Source: Alistipes ihumii (GTDB lineage: Bacteria; Bacteroidota; Bacteroidia; Bacteroidales; Bacteroidaceae). Taken from it: a stretch of 64,000 bases of DNA. Made by a program: the position numbers and the translations under genes. Shown here in pieces: positions 48,619-58,575 of this stretch. The notes below the pieces were generated by a model that worked only from the letters and a program-made list of their open reading frames with translations, did not search any database and was not told where the DNA came from. The DNA is taken from assembly GCA_963626085.1 (NCBI GenBank), contig CAVFVJ010000033.1:32006-96005 (forward strand). Reading direction: 5' to 3'. Position 1 is the first letter of the stretch. Every line of letters begins with the position of its first letter.

Positions 48619-49991
48619 AGATAGTTATCGCCGGTGCAGGAGCGGTGGGGACACATCTTGCACGAATGCTTTCAAAGGAGAACCTTGACATCATCCTCAT
48701 CGACAAGGATGAAGACAAGTTAGCCAAGCTCAACAACGACCTTGACATTATGACGCTTGTGGTCTCACCTACATCTATCAAGGGACTTAAACAAGCTGGC
48801 ATAAGCAACGCAGACCTCTTCATTGCTGTCACTCCCCATGAAAGCGAGAACTTGTTTTGCTGCATGCTTGCCAGACAACTGGGAGCAAAGCGCACGGTGG
48901 CGAGGATAGACAACTACGAATACATGGGGGAGGAGCACCGCAGAATTTTCGACAATGCAGGCATCAGTTCGCTCATCTACCCAGAATACCTTGCAGGCAA
49001 GGAAATAGCGGCATCTGTGCTCCACAGCTGGGTCAGACAACTGTGGGAGTTTGACGGAGGTCTGGTGCTACTCAGTGTGAAGATGCATGAAATCAATCCG
49101 TTAGAGAGGCACCCACGCGAAGAGAACCGGAATCAGTTGATTGACTGCTCTCTGAAAGAGATTGGCATGGCTGGTCATCGGTTTCATGTGGTTGCGATAA
49201 AAAGGGACGATGAGACCATCATTCCACGTGGAGACGAGAAGATTCTCTCCAATGACCTCGTGTTCTTCATGACCACACGTGACCAGATAAGCAATCTGAG
49301 ACACCTCGCAGGCAAGGACAATTACCCGGCTGTAAAACATATCATGATTATTGGAGGAGGCAAGCTGGCTGTAAGGGTCGATTGGGCCATACCCGACAAC
49401 TACTCTGTGAAGATTATCGAACCCGACATTGCACGGTGTGAACAACTTGGACGGCTAACCAAAGACAGAACACTCATAATCAACGGTGACGGCTACGACA
49501 TTGACCTGCTGAAAGACGAAGGCTACAAACATATCGAAGGGTTCGTTGCACTTACCGACAACGACGAGAAGAACATACTGGCATGTGTGGCAGCCCGTAG
49601 AAACGGGATATGCAACACATATGCACAGGTGGAGAACCTCTCCTACCTCGACATGGCAGAATCGCTCGATGTGGGCACCATCATCAACAAGAAGATGATG
49701 GCAGCAAGCCATATCTACCAAATGCTACTGAAAGCAGATGTCAACAACGTAAAGATGCTGACGGTGGCAGACGCAGACGTGGCTGAGTTCATCATCAAGG
49801 AGGACTCACACGTGACAAAAAAACCGGTAATGGAGATAGGACTACCCAACAATGTCAATATCGGTGGGATGATACGTGACGGCAAAGGGCAACTGGTATC
49901 GGGACAAACCCAACTGAAGGCAGGCGACAGGGTTGTCGTGTTCTGTGCCAGTCAGACTCTGAAGAAACTGGACAGATACTTCACCAAGTAA
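48615..49991 (+). CDS. trkA: Trk potassium uptake system NAD-binding protein TrkA
   Basis: 458 aa. Two RCK/TrkA-N repeats ([12 protein letters not shown] and [10 protein letters not shown]). ATGA overlap with dxs. Confidence 0.92.
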   Translation: MKIVIAGAGAVGTHLARMLSKENLDIILIDKDEDKLAKLNNDLDIMTLVVSPTSIKGLKQAGISNADLFIAVTPHESENLFCCMLARQLGAKRTVARIDNYEYMGEEHRRIFDNAGISSLIYPEYLAGKEIAASVLHSWVRQLWEFDGGLVLLSVKMHEINPLERHPREENRNQLIDCSLKEIGMAGHRFHVVAIKRDDETIIPRGDEKILSNDLVFFMTTRDQISNLRHLAGKDNYPAVKHIMIIGGGKLAVRVDWAIPDNYSVKIIEPDIARCEQLGRLTKDRTLIINGDGYDIDLLKDEGYKHIEGFVALTDNDEKNILACVAARRNGICNTYAQVENLSYLDMAESLDVGTIINKKMMAASHIYQMLLKADVNNVKMLTVADADVAEFIIKEDSHVTKKPVMEIGLPNNVNIGGMIRDGKGQLVSGQTQLKAGDRVVVFCASQTLKKLDRYFTK

Positions 49992-50003
49992 ACAACACAT
50001 GCA

Positions 50004-51509
50004 ATGATCAACTGGCGACAGATACTCAAGGTAATAGGCATTCTGCTTTTCATCGAAGCGGGCAACCTGCTCGTCACCCTCTGTGTCGCCCTCCTCTACC
50101 ACGAGGATGTGATGCCGTTCGTTTGGGCCATCATCTGTTCCTTGGCACTCGGATTCACTGGAGCAACTGTAGGATGGAACGCAGGCAAGAACATAAGCCG
50201 TCGCGACGGTTATGTGATAGTGTCTCTGGTATGGGTCGTGTTTTCTCTCATAGGGGCAATCCCATTTATCCTTACTGATAGCGTACACGACTTTGCAAGC
50301 GCATTCTTCGAGACGATGTCGGGATTCACGTCCACAGGAGCAACAGTCATGGATAATATCGACATACTGCCAAGGGGTATTGTGTTCTGGCGGAGCATGA
50401 CACAATGGATTGGCGGTATCGGAATCATCTTCTTCACCCTTGCCATCCTTCCTGCATTCGGTGTCGGTGAGGTCAAACTGTTCGCAGCCGAATCCACCGG
50501 TCCACTGCAAGACAAGATACATCCGCGCATCAGTGTGGCTGTACGGTGGATTGTATCCATTTACCTCGGACTCACCCTAATGTGTATCGCTGCCTTGTGG
50601 CTGTGCGGCATGAGTCTTTTCGACGCAGTCAACATCGGTATGACTACAACAGGCACAGGAGGGTTCTCGCCACATTCAGCACTATTCCACGACCAGTGGC
50701 ACTCGCCAGCAATCGAGTATGTAACTACCGTGTTCATGTTTCTCTCCGGAGTGAACTACACGCTACTCTACTACACTGTACTGAAAGGTCGTATACGCAA
50801 GGTCTTCGACAACTACGAACTGCGTGTGTACCTTTTCTTTCTGTGTACAGCCACACTGCTCTGCACCCTCTTCATGATGGTACGAAGCGAAGGCAACGAC
50901 CTTGAGTCCATATTCCGTGAGTCACTGTTCACCACTGTATCTCTACAGACCACAACAGGATTCGCATCCTACGACTATACCATGTGGCCACAGACCCTGA
51001 TGCCCGTACTGATATTCCTCATGTTTGCCGGAGCGTGCTCTGGCTCCACATCCGGTGGATTCAAGTGTGTGCGGTGGGCTATATTATGGAAAGTGTTGCA
51101 GAATGAGTTCAAGAGGATTATCCATCCACGGATAGTAGCACCCGTGAAACTGAACAACGAGATAATACCCACGTCAGTGCAGAAGACACTGCTCGCCTAC
51201 GTCACCCTATTTGTAGGCTCTCTCGTCATAGGTACGTTCATTCTTATCCTGTGTGGAGTTGACAACACCTACATAGAGGTGAACGGCACTAATGGGGCGA
51301 TGCGACAAGACTACACCGAAGCTCTGAGCCTGTCACTCTCATCGCTGAGCAACGTGGGATTGGCGATGGACTATTTCGGACCGATCCATTCATGGGCAGT
51401 ACTCAGTCCTACAAGCAAGATAACCTGCTCACTGCTTATGCTAATAGGCCGACTGGAGATATTCCCCATATTAATTCTGTTAACCAAAAGTTTCTGGAGG
51501 AAAGATTGA
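50004..51509 (+). CDS. trkH: TrkH-family potassium transporter
   Basis: 501-aa polytopic membrane protein with repeated pore-loop-like motifs (SGFTSTGAT, TTTGTGGFS, QTTTGFAS). Adjacent to trkA. Confidence 0.92.
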   Translation: MINWRQILKVIGILLFIEAGNLLVTLCVALLYHEDVMPFVWAIICSLALGFTGATVGWNAGKNISRRDGYVIVSLVWVVFSLIGAIPFILTDSVHDFASAFFETMSGFTSTGATVMDNIDILPRGIVFWRSMTQWIGGIGIIFFTLAILPAFGVGEVKLFAAESTGPLQDKIHPRISVAVRWIVSIYLGLTLMCIAALWLCGMSLFDAVNIGMTTTGTGGFSPHSALFHDQWHSPAIEYVTTVFMFLSGVNYTLLYYTVLKGRIRKVFDNYELRVYLFFLCTATLLCTLFMMVRSEGNDLESIFRESLFTTVSLQTTTGFASYDYTMWPQTLMPVLIFLMFAGACSGSTSGGFKCVRWAILWKVLQNEFKRIIHPRIVAPVKLNNEIIPTSVQKTLLAYVTLFVGSLVIGTFILILCGVDNTYIEVNGTNGAMRQDYTEALSLSLSSLSNVGLAMDYFGPIHSWAVLSPTSKITCSLLMLIGRLEIFPILILLTKSFWRKD

Positions 51510-51538
51510 GAAGAAAGGAAACAAGAGACAAGACAACA

Positions 51539-53086
51539 ATGATAACAAAAGTTTACTCAGCAACATTACAAGGACTGGACGCATTACCAGTCACCATCGA
51601 GACATGTATCAACCATAGTCCAACACCACGTTTCTCCATCGTCGGACTGCCAGACAGTGCTGTACGCGAGAGCCAGGACAGGGTTTTATCCGCATTGGCT
51701 GACAACCAGTACAAGATAAACATGAAGGAGATTATCGTCAATCTCGCACCTGCCGACATCAAGAAGGAAGGGTCAGGGTTCGACCTTCCCATAGCTCTCG
51801 GAGTACTGATGTCGATGCAGCTCCTGGAGACAAAGGACATTGAGAAATACATGTTTGTGGGAGAACTTGGCCTCGACGGGACAGTACAGCCTGTGAAAGG
51901 GGCACTTCCAATAGCCATCAAAGCAAGGCAGATGGGGTTTGAGGGACTTTTCGTACCAGAAGAGAACGTGCGCGAGGCTGCTGTGGTGAACAGACTAAGA
52001 GTATACGGCATAAGACACCTCATGGAGGTTGTGGGATTTCTGTCAGGCACATCGACGATTCCTCCTACGGAAATCAACACACGTGAGTTGTTCTTCTCGC
52101 AACAGTACCATTTCGACTTCGACTTCGATGAAGTCAAAGGGCAGGAGAATGTAAAGCGTGCGTTTGAAGTGGCAGCGGCAGGCGGCCATAATATCATACT
52201 TGTCGGCAGTCCCGGTTGCGGCAAGTCGATGATGTCGAAACGCATCCCCTCCATCCTACCTCCACTGTCACTTGCAGAGAGTCTAGAGACAACCCAGATT
52301 CACAGTATTGCCGGTAAATTGGGTAAAGAAACATCACTTATCACCCAGCGTCCTTTCCGCTCGCCTCATCACACAGTGTCCGATGTTGCGCTGGTGGGTG
52401 GCGGTACTACATTCATGCCTGGAGAAATCTGTCTGGCACATAACGGAGTACTATTTCTCGATGAATTCACTGAGTTCTCCAAGTCTGTGTTGGAGACACT
52501 GCGCCAGCCCCTCGAAGACCGTGTCATAACCATATCAAGAGCACGCTATAACATCACCTTACCCTGCTCGTTCATGCTTGTCGCATCGATGAATCCATGT
52601 CCATGCGGATACAAACACCATCCCACCCATCCTTGTGTATGTACCCCATCACAAGTCCAACGGTATCTCAACAAGATAAGCGGACCGTTAATGGACAGGA
52701 TAGACATTCAGGTAGAGGTGGAAAGTGTTCCGTTCTGTGACATGGCTGACAAGCCGAAGGGGGAATCGAGCGAAGTGATACGAGAGAGAGTCATCAAAGC
52801 GCGCAAGATACAGGAAGAAAGGTACAAGGACGTAAAAGGCGTACACTGCAACGCACAGATGACATCCTCACAACTGAACAAGTACGCTTGTCTCGATGAC
52901 CAAAGTACCGAACGTCTGCGCGATGCCATGAAACGGCTCAACTTGTCTGCACGTGCCTATGACCGTATACTGAAGGTGGCACGCACCATCGCTGACCTTG
53001 ATGGCAGTGAGGACATAAAGTCGCGGCATATAGGCGAGGCCATAGGGTACAGGAATCTCGACCGCAGCGACTGGATGGAAGACTAA
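51539..53086 (+). CDS. comM: YifB/ComM family Mg-chelatase-like AAA+ ATPase
   Basis: MITKVYSATLQGLDALPVTIE (Lon-protease-like ChlI N-domain), Walker A GSPGCGKSM, GVLFLDEF Walker B, and a Cys cluster (NPCPCGY...HPCVC). The tracked ORF (from 51392) overlaps the trkH tail. Confidence 0.92.
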   Translation: MITKVYSATLQGLDALPVTIETCINHSPTPRFSIVGLPDSAVRESQDRVLSALADNQYKINMKEIIVNLAPADIKKEGSGFDLPIALGVLMSMQLLETKDIEKYMFVGELGLDGTVQPVKGALPIAIKARQMGFEGLFVPEENVREAAVVNRLRVYGIRHLMEVVGFLSGTSTIPPTEINTRELFFSQQYHFDFDFDEVKGQENVKRAFEVAAAGGHNIILVGSPGCGKSMMSKRIPSILPPLSLAESLETTQIHSIAGKLGKETSLITQRPFRSPHHTVSDVALVGGGTTFMPGEICLAHNGVLFLDEFTEFSKSVLETLRQPLEDRVITISRARYNITLPCSFMLVASMNPCPCGYKHHPTHPCVCTPSQVQRYLNKISGPLMDRIDIQVEVESVPFCDMADKPKGESSEVIRERVIKARKIQEERYKDVKGVHCNAQMTSSQLNKYACLDDQSTERLRDAMKRLNLSARAYDRILKVARTIADLDGSEDIKSRHIGEAIGYRNLDRSDWMED

Positions 53087-53116
53087 TGGGCGACAATATG
53101 TACAAGTGCATTCATT

Positions 53117-54676
53117 TCATTCAACCACCTTCCACTCAAGTGTGTGTACCCCGTCCTTCAGCATGAAGTTCATGCCAACCTTGACAACAGGCTTCGGCTG
53201 CATCTTGAATGCATCGGTGTTGTGTTTTGACTCTATCTGTGCAAGGGCATCCTCCACACTTCCGTTCAGTTTCAGTTCCATCACATATATGGCAGTTGCC
53301 GTTTCGAGCGTGATGTCGATGCGTCCCTTGGCTGTGTGCTGCTCCACATGTATGCGGTGGTCGGTAAGCAATGCGAAGATGATGTAAAGTGTCTGTTGCC
53401 AGTGACCTTCATAGTTGGTGTTGTCGCAGTACGGTACTGTCTCGATGAAATCAGCAAGGAGTTGCAAGCCACCTTTGATGTCACCGTGTCTTATCAATGC
53501 GGACATCTGGGCAATCGCCACGTCACATCGCTCTGCATATCCACCCATATAATTGGGCAGCAGACTCTCGAACATACCGACTTTAATCTCACGGTTCGGA
53601 AAATCCAGAGTATAGAGGTCTGTGTCCTCATCGTAGTCCTTGATGGTAATGTAACCACTTTGGTACAGCAACGGAGTAAGCGAAGTCATGGTTTCTGTGG
53701 GTGCATCAAAGGCGGAACTTCTTGCCAGCATCTGTTTCAGTGCATCTGGCTGCACACGGAACTTGCGCATCATGTTGATTAGGTATGTGGGTGTGCCGGA
53801 ACCGAACCAATAGGCACCCAATTTTTGCTTTGACAGACAGTTGAGCAAGCTGAACGGATTGAACACGTCGGGCGAAGGCCATGTGAAGTGGTATCCGTCG
53901 TACAAAGCTGTAAGCTTGGCAAATGTCTCATCACTGCTCAGCTTCAGCTTCGCAGCCAGTGTGTCTATGTCGTCACTCATCTGAGTGAGCAGTTCCTCCT
54001 TCGTTATTCCACAGATACCAGCGTACTCCTCATCCATGGAAATGTTGGTTATGTTGTTCAACTCGCTGAATATACTGAGTTGCGAGAACTTCGTTATGCC
54101 CGTCATAAACACAAAACGGAGCATCGGCTCGGCTGCTTTAAGCGGACTGTAGAAATTACGCATCACATTGCGGAGGACTGGCAACTGCGTGTCCTCATGC
54201 ACCACGTCAAGCAACGGTGCGTCATATTCATCGATAAGTACAACCACCTGTTTGCCTGTCTTATGGTACACGGCCCCCATCAAGTCCTTTAGACGAAGGT
54301 TTGTATCCTGTTTCCTGTTTATGCAGTCAAACTTGAGTTCCTGTTCCTCAATGATGTCAAGCAGATACCTGTTCAGCGCGTCTTTGTCCAAGTGCTTGCC
54401 ACGGCTCATGTCGAAGTGTAGCACAGGATACTCGTTCCACACAGTCTCCAGCTTCTCCATGGCAAGTCCTTCAAACAAGTCTTTCCGACCCTCAAAATAG
54501 CTTTTGAAGGTGGACACCAACAGTGACTTGCCGAACCGCCTTGGACGGCTAAGGAAGAAAAACTTCCCGGCATGAGCCATGCGGTACACATACTCCGTCT
54601 TGTCCACATAAAACATACCGAGTCTTCTGATTTCCTCGAATGTCTGTATTCCTATAGGGTATAATCTTGTCGCCAT
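53117..54676 (-). CDS. AAA-ATPase-like domain protein with C-terminal PD-(D/E)XK nuclease-like domain (Bacteroidales multi-copy family)
   Basis: N-terminus LYPIGIQTFEEIRRLGMFYVDKTEYVY...FLSRPRRFGKSL is the AAA-ATPase_like family signature. The C-terminal region GRIDITLETATAIYVMELK fits a PD-(D/E)XK core. Confidence 0.85.
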   Translation of the reverse strand: MATRLYPIGIQTFEEIRRLGMFYVDKTEYVYRMAHAGKFFFLSRPRRFGKSLLVSTFKSYFEGRKDLFEGLAMEKLETVWNEYPVLHFDMSRGKHLDKDALNRYLLDIIEEQELKFDCINRKQDTNLRLKDLMGAVYHKTGKQVVVLIDEYDAPLLDVVHEDTQLPVLRNVMRNFYSPLKAAEPMLRFVFMTGITKFSQLSIFSELNNITNISMDEEYAGICGITKEELLTQMSDDIDTLAAKLKLSSDETFAKLTALYDGYHFTWPSPDVFNPFSLLNCLSKQKLGAYWFGSGTPTYLINMMRKFRVQPDALKQMLARSSAFDAPTETMTSLTPLLYQSGYITIKDYDEDTDLYTLDFPNREIKVGMFESLLPNYMGGYAERCDVAIAQMSALIRHGDIKGGLQLLADFIETVPYCDNTNYEGHWQQTLYIIFALLTDHRIHVEQHTAKGRIDITLETATAIYVMELKLNGSVEDALAQIESKHNTDAFKMQPKPVVKVGMNFMLKDGVHTLEWKVVE

Positions 54677-54698
54677 ACTTCAAATTGCAATCTCAGTG

Positions 54699-54706
54699 CA
54701 AATATA
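54699..54706 (-). promoter_or_regulatory. -7 box (TATATTTG) for the AAA/PD-(D/E)XK gene
   Basis: The reverse complement matches TAnnTTTG, 23 nt upstream of the ATG at 54676. Confidence 0.5.
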
Positions 54707-54845
54707 TGACAAACAAACGAGACTGCCAAAAGAATCAGGGTATATTCGCACAATTCAAAACACTGCCCTTGTTGCCAACCTGCTCAGATTGGTCCGCAAC
54801 GAAAAATTGTCCACCAAAGGGCGTGAGGTTTCCAGATTTAATTTG

Positions 54846-54853
54846 TACCTTTG
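54846..54853 (+). promoter_or_regulatory. -7 box (TACCTTTG), possible promoter for the SNF2 gene with a long leader
   Basis: Exact TAnnTTTG match 172 nt upstream of the ATG at 55025. Confidence 0.3.
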
Positions 54854-55024
54854 TCATACCGTTAAGTTCTTGCTTGCTTTGAAATACAGCACTAAGTCAG
54901 GTGGAAATTCTGACATGGCAACATTCTAGGCAACAAAATGCTACTCGGAATGTTATGAATATATGCATTGTAAAGTTGCGGATTTAAGGAGGGAATACTA
55001 TCAAACGAAATCAGTGTAACAATT

Positions 55025-58000
55025 ATGGCAGGACAATTTGGAAAGACATGGTGGGGCAGTGAGTGGCTGAAGTCTCTCACCTACATAGACTATGCCAACC
55101 GTATTCCGCGAGGGGCGGCATATGCGAGGAAAGGAGCGGTAAGGAGTATCGATGTAAAAGGGAACGTCATCACGGCTAAGGTGAGCGGCAGCAGAGCTAC
55201 ACCCTACAAGGTGACAATACGGGTGCCGTTGTTCAAGAAGGAACAGACGGAAGTGCTGATGAATAAACTGCTTGCAAAGCCAGCCATTATCTCGAAGCTG
55301 CTGAATAGGGAACTCGACCCAGAGGTGTTCCAAGTGGCAAGGCGCAGCGGACTGGACCTGTTTCCGCAGCGGTGGAACGACCTCGACATGCACTGCTCGT
55401 GTCCTGATTGGGCTGTGCCATGCAAGCACTTGGCAGCAGTCATCTATATGATGAGCCGCGAGATTGACAACGACCCGTTCTTGGTGTTCTCAATGCATGG
55501 TGTGGACTTGCTCGACGAGTTGAAGAAGCGGAATGTGGTAATCGAGAAGGAGAAGGTGATGGATGTGCCGGAGTTTGCCTCTCTGTTGGAGCGTAGGATG
55601 CCTAAAGAGATGGGCAATGACCTGTTTGAGTTCCATGGGGTGGACTTCTCCAGACTACGGGATATAGCAGAGCCTTTGGCAAACCTGTTGGCACCGAGTC
55701 CTGCCTTCTGTTCCCACGGTGATTTCCAGCAAACATATAAAGCTGAGATGGTCCGGATGGCGAAGAACGCCCGACGCATCCTTCAGGGGAAAGTGAACCT
55801 TGACATGGGACTGTCTGGTTCAAGTGCGGGAGAGATCAAACGTAGTGATGAGGTGGTGCTTGAAATCGATGGCGACATGACAGTCCGCCAGTCGTATGTC
55901 CTTTATGGGAAGAAGGATGACCTTTATCGTCACCTGCCATCAGACGATGACTTTATTACTGCACTCTATCAGTTGCCAACGGACTATCTTGCCGATTACA
56001 ACCCTTCTGTTGCAGCCATGCATCAGGCTCTGTTCTGTGCGCTTCATTTGATTGCCAACGGGGCCATCGTGCCGCAGATTGTCGAGTTGACAGGAATCTC
56101 GGCATACGCTATACGGTGGTTGCCGGCGATGATTGATGACGAAGTGGCACAGATGATGCGATCGTTGGAAAGCATCATGCCTCAAACACTGATGAAGGCT
56201 CGGTTGCCTAAGCGCAAGCTCGCAGTTCCGTTGAAAAACCAGACAGAGCATATCGTTTCCTATCTGTTGGAACGGTTGATTCTGCGAATGTCGGTATCTG
56301 CTGGAGGAGACACATTCAGGGAACTGTTCTTCAAGAACCAGCCGAAGGCATTCGATGGTATCGGTGAGAAAGCCACGCCAGGTGCCATACGTTCTTGGAT
56401 CGACCGTTTCTTCCTGTCACAGCGGCAATATACACCGTCGTTGCTAGTATCTGAAATTGAGCGTGGCGGGTTTGCCCTTGATGTGGCTGTCGACTGCGAT
56501 GGCGAGGCAGTGCTACTAAAGGACATTCTTTGCGACGCGAAGATGGTTTCACGGAGGTTCACGATTCTGAAAGAGTTGTCGCTGTTGTCATCGCTCATCC
56601 GTGGACTGGAGACGTATATCAACTGCGATGGAGATGCACCTATTGTATTTACGGTGGGTGAGTTCACCTCCTTCCTGTTCGATGCCATCCCGGCCATCCG
56701 CCTTTTAGGCGTAAAAGTGCTGTTGCCTAAGTCGCTACAGGAGATTATCCGCCCGAAGGTGAGTTTGAGGTTGTCGAAGAAGCAGACTGACGGCAAGAGC
56801 TACCTGAGGCTCGACGAGATGTTGCAGTTCGACTGGCAGGTGGCACTGGGCAACGAGGTGGTGAGCAATGCTGAGTTCTCGAAACTCATTAGCAGGGCCC
56901 GCGGACTGATAAAATTCCGCCAGCAATACATCTACGTCAACGAACAGGATATTGATCGGTTGCGGAAAGCCTTTGAGAACCAACAGCCGATGACTGCCAC
57001 ACAGATGCTGCAGGCGGCACTTACCGAGAGTTACGACCGTGCACCGATTATACTCACCGATGAAGTGCGACAGCTAATACGCCAACTGACGGATCAAGCC
57101 GACATTCCAGTGCCACCAGGCATACAAGCCACACTTCGTCCCTATCAGGAGCGGGGCTATTCGTGGATGTACCGCAACTTCCGCATTGGCTTCGGCAGTA
57201 TCATTGCAGATGATATGGGTCTTGGAAAGACGCTGCAGGTCATCACATTGCTACAGAAACTGAAGGACGAAGGATCTCTGAGTTCCGATCAGCCTGCACT
57301 GATTGTCGTACCCACGGGTCTTGTCACAAACTGGCAGGCGGAGTTGCACCGTTTTGCCCCGTCGCTTACCGTCTTTACCTATCACGGGCAAGGACGAAAC
57401 TTGAAAGGATTCAAGGACACAGATATCCTCCTAACTACCTACGGAGTACTCCGTTCCGATGTTACCAAACTGAAAAAGCTGTCGTGGCTGACAGTTGTCA
57501 TCGATGAAGCTCAGAACATCAAGAATGCTGACACAGCCCAGAGCAAGGCCGCCCGATCTGTCCACGCCAAGCTACACATCGCCATGAGCGGCACGCCTGT
57601 GGAGAACCGCCTCTCGGAGTTCTGGAGCCTCATGGACTTCGCCAATCAGGGCTATCTCGGTTCGGCAAAGGGTTTCAAGGAGAAGTTTGCCAATCCTATC
57701 CAGCGACAAGGCGACCGACTCATGGCCGACCGTTTCCGTAGGATTACCGCTCCCTTCCTGTTGCGTCGCTTGAAGTCGGACAAGACCATTATCAGTGACC
57801 TGCCCGACAAGATTGAGCAGAACGAACTGGCACTGTTGACGGAACGTCAGGCTGCACTCTACCACGAAACTCTCGAACATGCCATGCTGGCTATCGAGGG
57901 TATCGAGGTCGCCGACCAGAAGTCGCTCTTTGTGCGCCAGGGTCTGGTTCTCCAGATGATTCTCGCCCTCAAGCAGATCTGTAACCATCCGGCATTGTTT

Positions 58001-58549
58001 TTGAAAAATGGCGACTTCACCCCGGAACTCTCAGGCAAGACGGAAATGCTGCTTTCGCTGTTGGATAGCATCGTGGAGAGTGGACAGAAAGTGCTGGTGT
58101 TTACGCAGTTCAAGGAAATGGGTGAGATGTTGCAGCGGATGATAGATCAGCGGTTGGGTGAAAAACCGATGTTACTGCATGGCGGTTGCAGCATCAAGGA
58201 ACGTCAGGCGATGGTTGACCGTTTCCAGACAAACACCCGTGGCGATCAGATATTCCTGCTATCGCTGAAAGCCGCAGGAACGGGACTTAACCTCACTGCC
58301 GCCAGTCATGTTATCCACTACGACCTGTGGTGGAATCCTGCCGTCGAGGCACAGGCCACCGACCGTGCCTACCGTATCGGCCAGCACCAGAATGTAGTGG
58401 TACACCGTTTCATCACGCAGAACACCTTCGAGGAGCGCATCGACCGGATGATTCAGGACAAACGGCATTTGGCTGACATGACCGTTGCTTCAGGCGAGAG
58501 CTGGATAGGCAAGTTAAGCAACAGTGAACTGAGGGAGATATTCAGATAG
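55025..58549 (+). CDS. SWIM zinc-finger / SNF2-family helicase fusion (bacterial SNF2-associated architecture)
   Basis: 1174 aa. CxCx6CxH SWIM motif CSCPDWAVPCKH (nt 55394-55429). SNF2 motif I ADDMGLGKT (nt about 57209-57235), motif II VIDEAQNIKN, and C-terminal helicase motifs (LSLKAGGTGLNL, QATDRAYRIGQ). Confidence 0.9.
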   Translation: MAGQFGKTWWGSEWLKSLTYIDYANRIPRGAAYARKGAVRSIDVKGNVITAKVSGSRATPYKVTIRVPLFKKEQTEVLMNKLLAKPAIISKLLNRELDPEVFQVARRSGLDLFPQRWNDLDMHCSCPDWAVPCKHLAAVIYMMSREIDNDPFLVFSMHGVDLLDELKKRNVVIEKEKVMDVPEFASLLERRMPKEMGNDLFEFHGVDFSRLRDIAEPLANLLAPSPAFCSHGDFQQTYKAEMVRMAKNARRILQGKVNLDMGLSGSSAGEIKRSDEVVLEIDGDMTVRQSYVLYGKKDDLYRHLPSDDDFITALYQLPTDYLADYNPSVAAMHQALFCALHLIANGAIVPQIVELTGISAYAIRWLPAMIDDEVAQMMRSLESIMPQTLMKARLPKRKLAVPLKNQTEHIVSYLLERLILRMSVSAGGDTFRELFFKNQPKAFDGIGEKATPGAIRSWIDRFFLSQRQYTPSLLVSEIERGGFALDVAVDCDGEAVLLKDILCDAKMVSRRFTILKELSLLSSLIRGLETYINCDGDAPIVFTVGEFTSFLFDAIPAIRLLGVKVLLPKSLQEIIRPKVSLRLSKKQTDGKSYLRLDEMLQFDWQVALGNEVVSNAEFSKLISRARGLIKFRQQYIYVNEQDIDRLRKAFENQQPMTATQMLQAALTESYDRAPIILTDEVRQLIRQLTDQADIPVPPGIQATLRPYQERGYSWMYRNFRIGFGSIIADDMGLGKTLQVITLLQKLKDEGSLSSDQPALIVVPTGLVTNWQAELHRFAPSLTVFTYHGQGRNLKGFKDTDILLTTYGVLRSDVTKLKKLSWLTVVIDEAQNIKNADTAQSKAARSVHAKLHIAMSGTPVENRLSEFWSLMDFANQGYLGSAKGFKEKFANPIQRQGDRLMADRFRRITAPFLLRRLKSDKTIISDLPDKIEQNELALLTERQAALYHETLEHAMLAIEGIEVADQKSLFVRQGLVLQMILALKQICNHPALFLKNGDFTPELSGKTEMLLSLLDSIVESGQKVLVFTQFKEMGEMLQRMIDQRLGEKPMLLHGGCSIKERQAMVDRFQTNTRGDQIFLLSLKAAGTGLNLTAASHVIHYDLWWNPAVEAQATDRAYRIGQHQNVVVHRFITQNTFEERIDRMIQDKRHLADMTVASGESWIGKLSNSELREIFR

Positions 58550-58575
58550 AATTGGAAACCTTACTGTCTGGTTTG

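Noticed and set aside
51392-51538. Upstream extension of the comM ORF
   Set aside because: It overlaps the 3' end of trkH in another frame. YifB/ComM homology starts at MITKVYSATLQG (ATG 51539).
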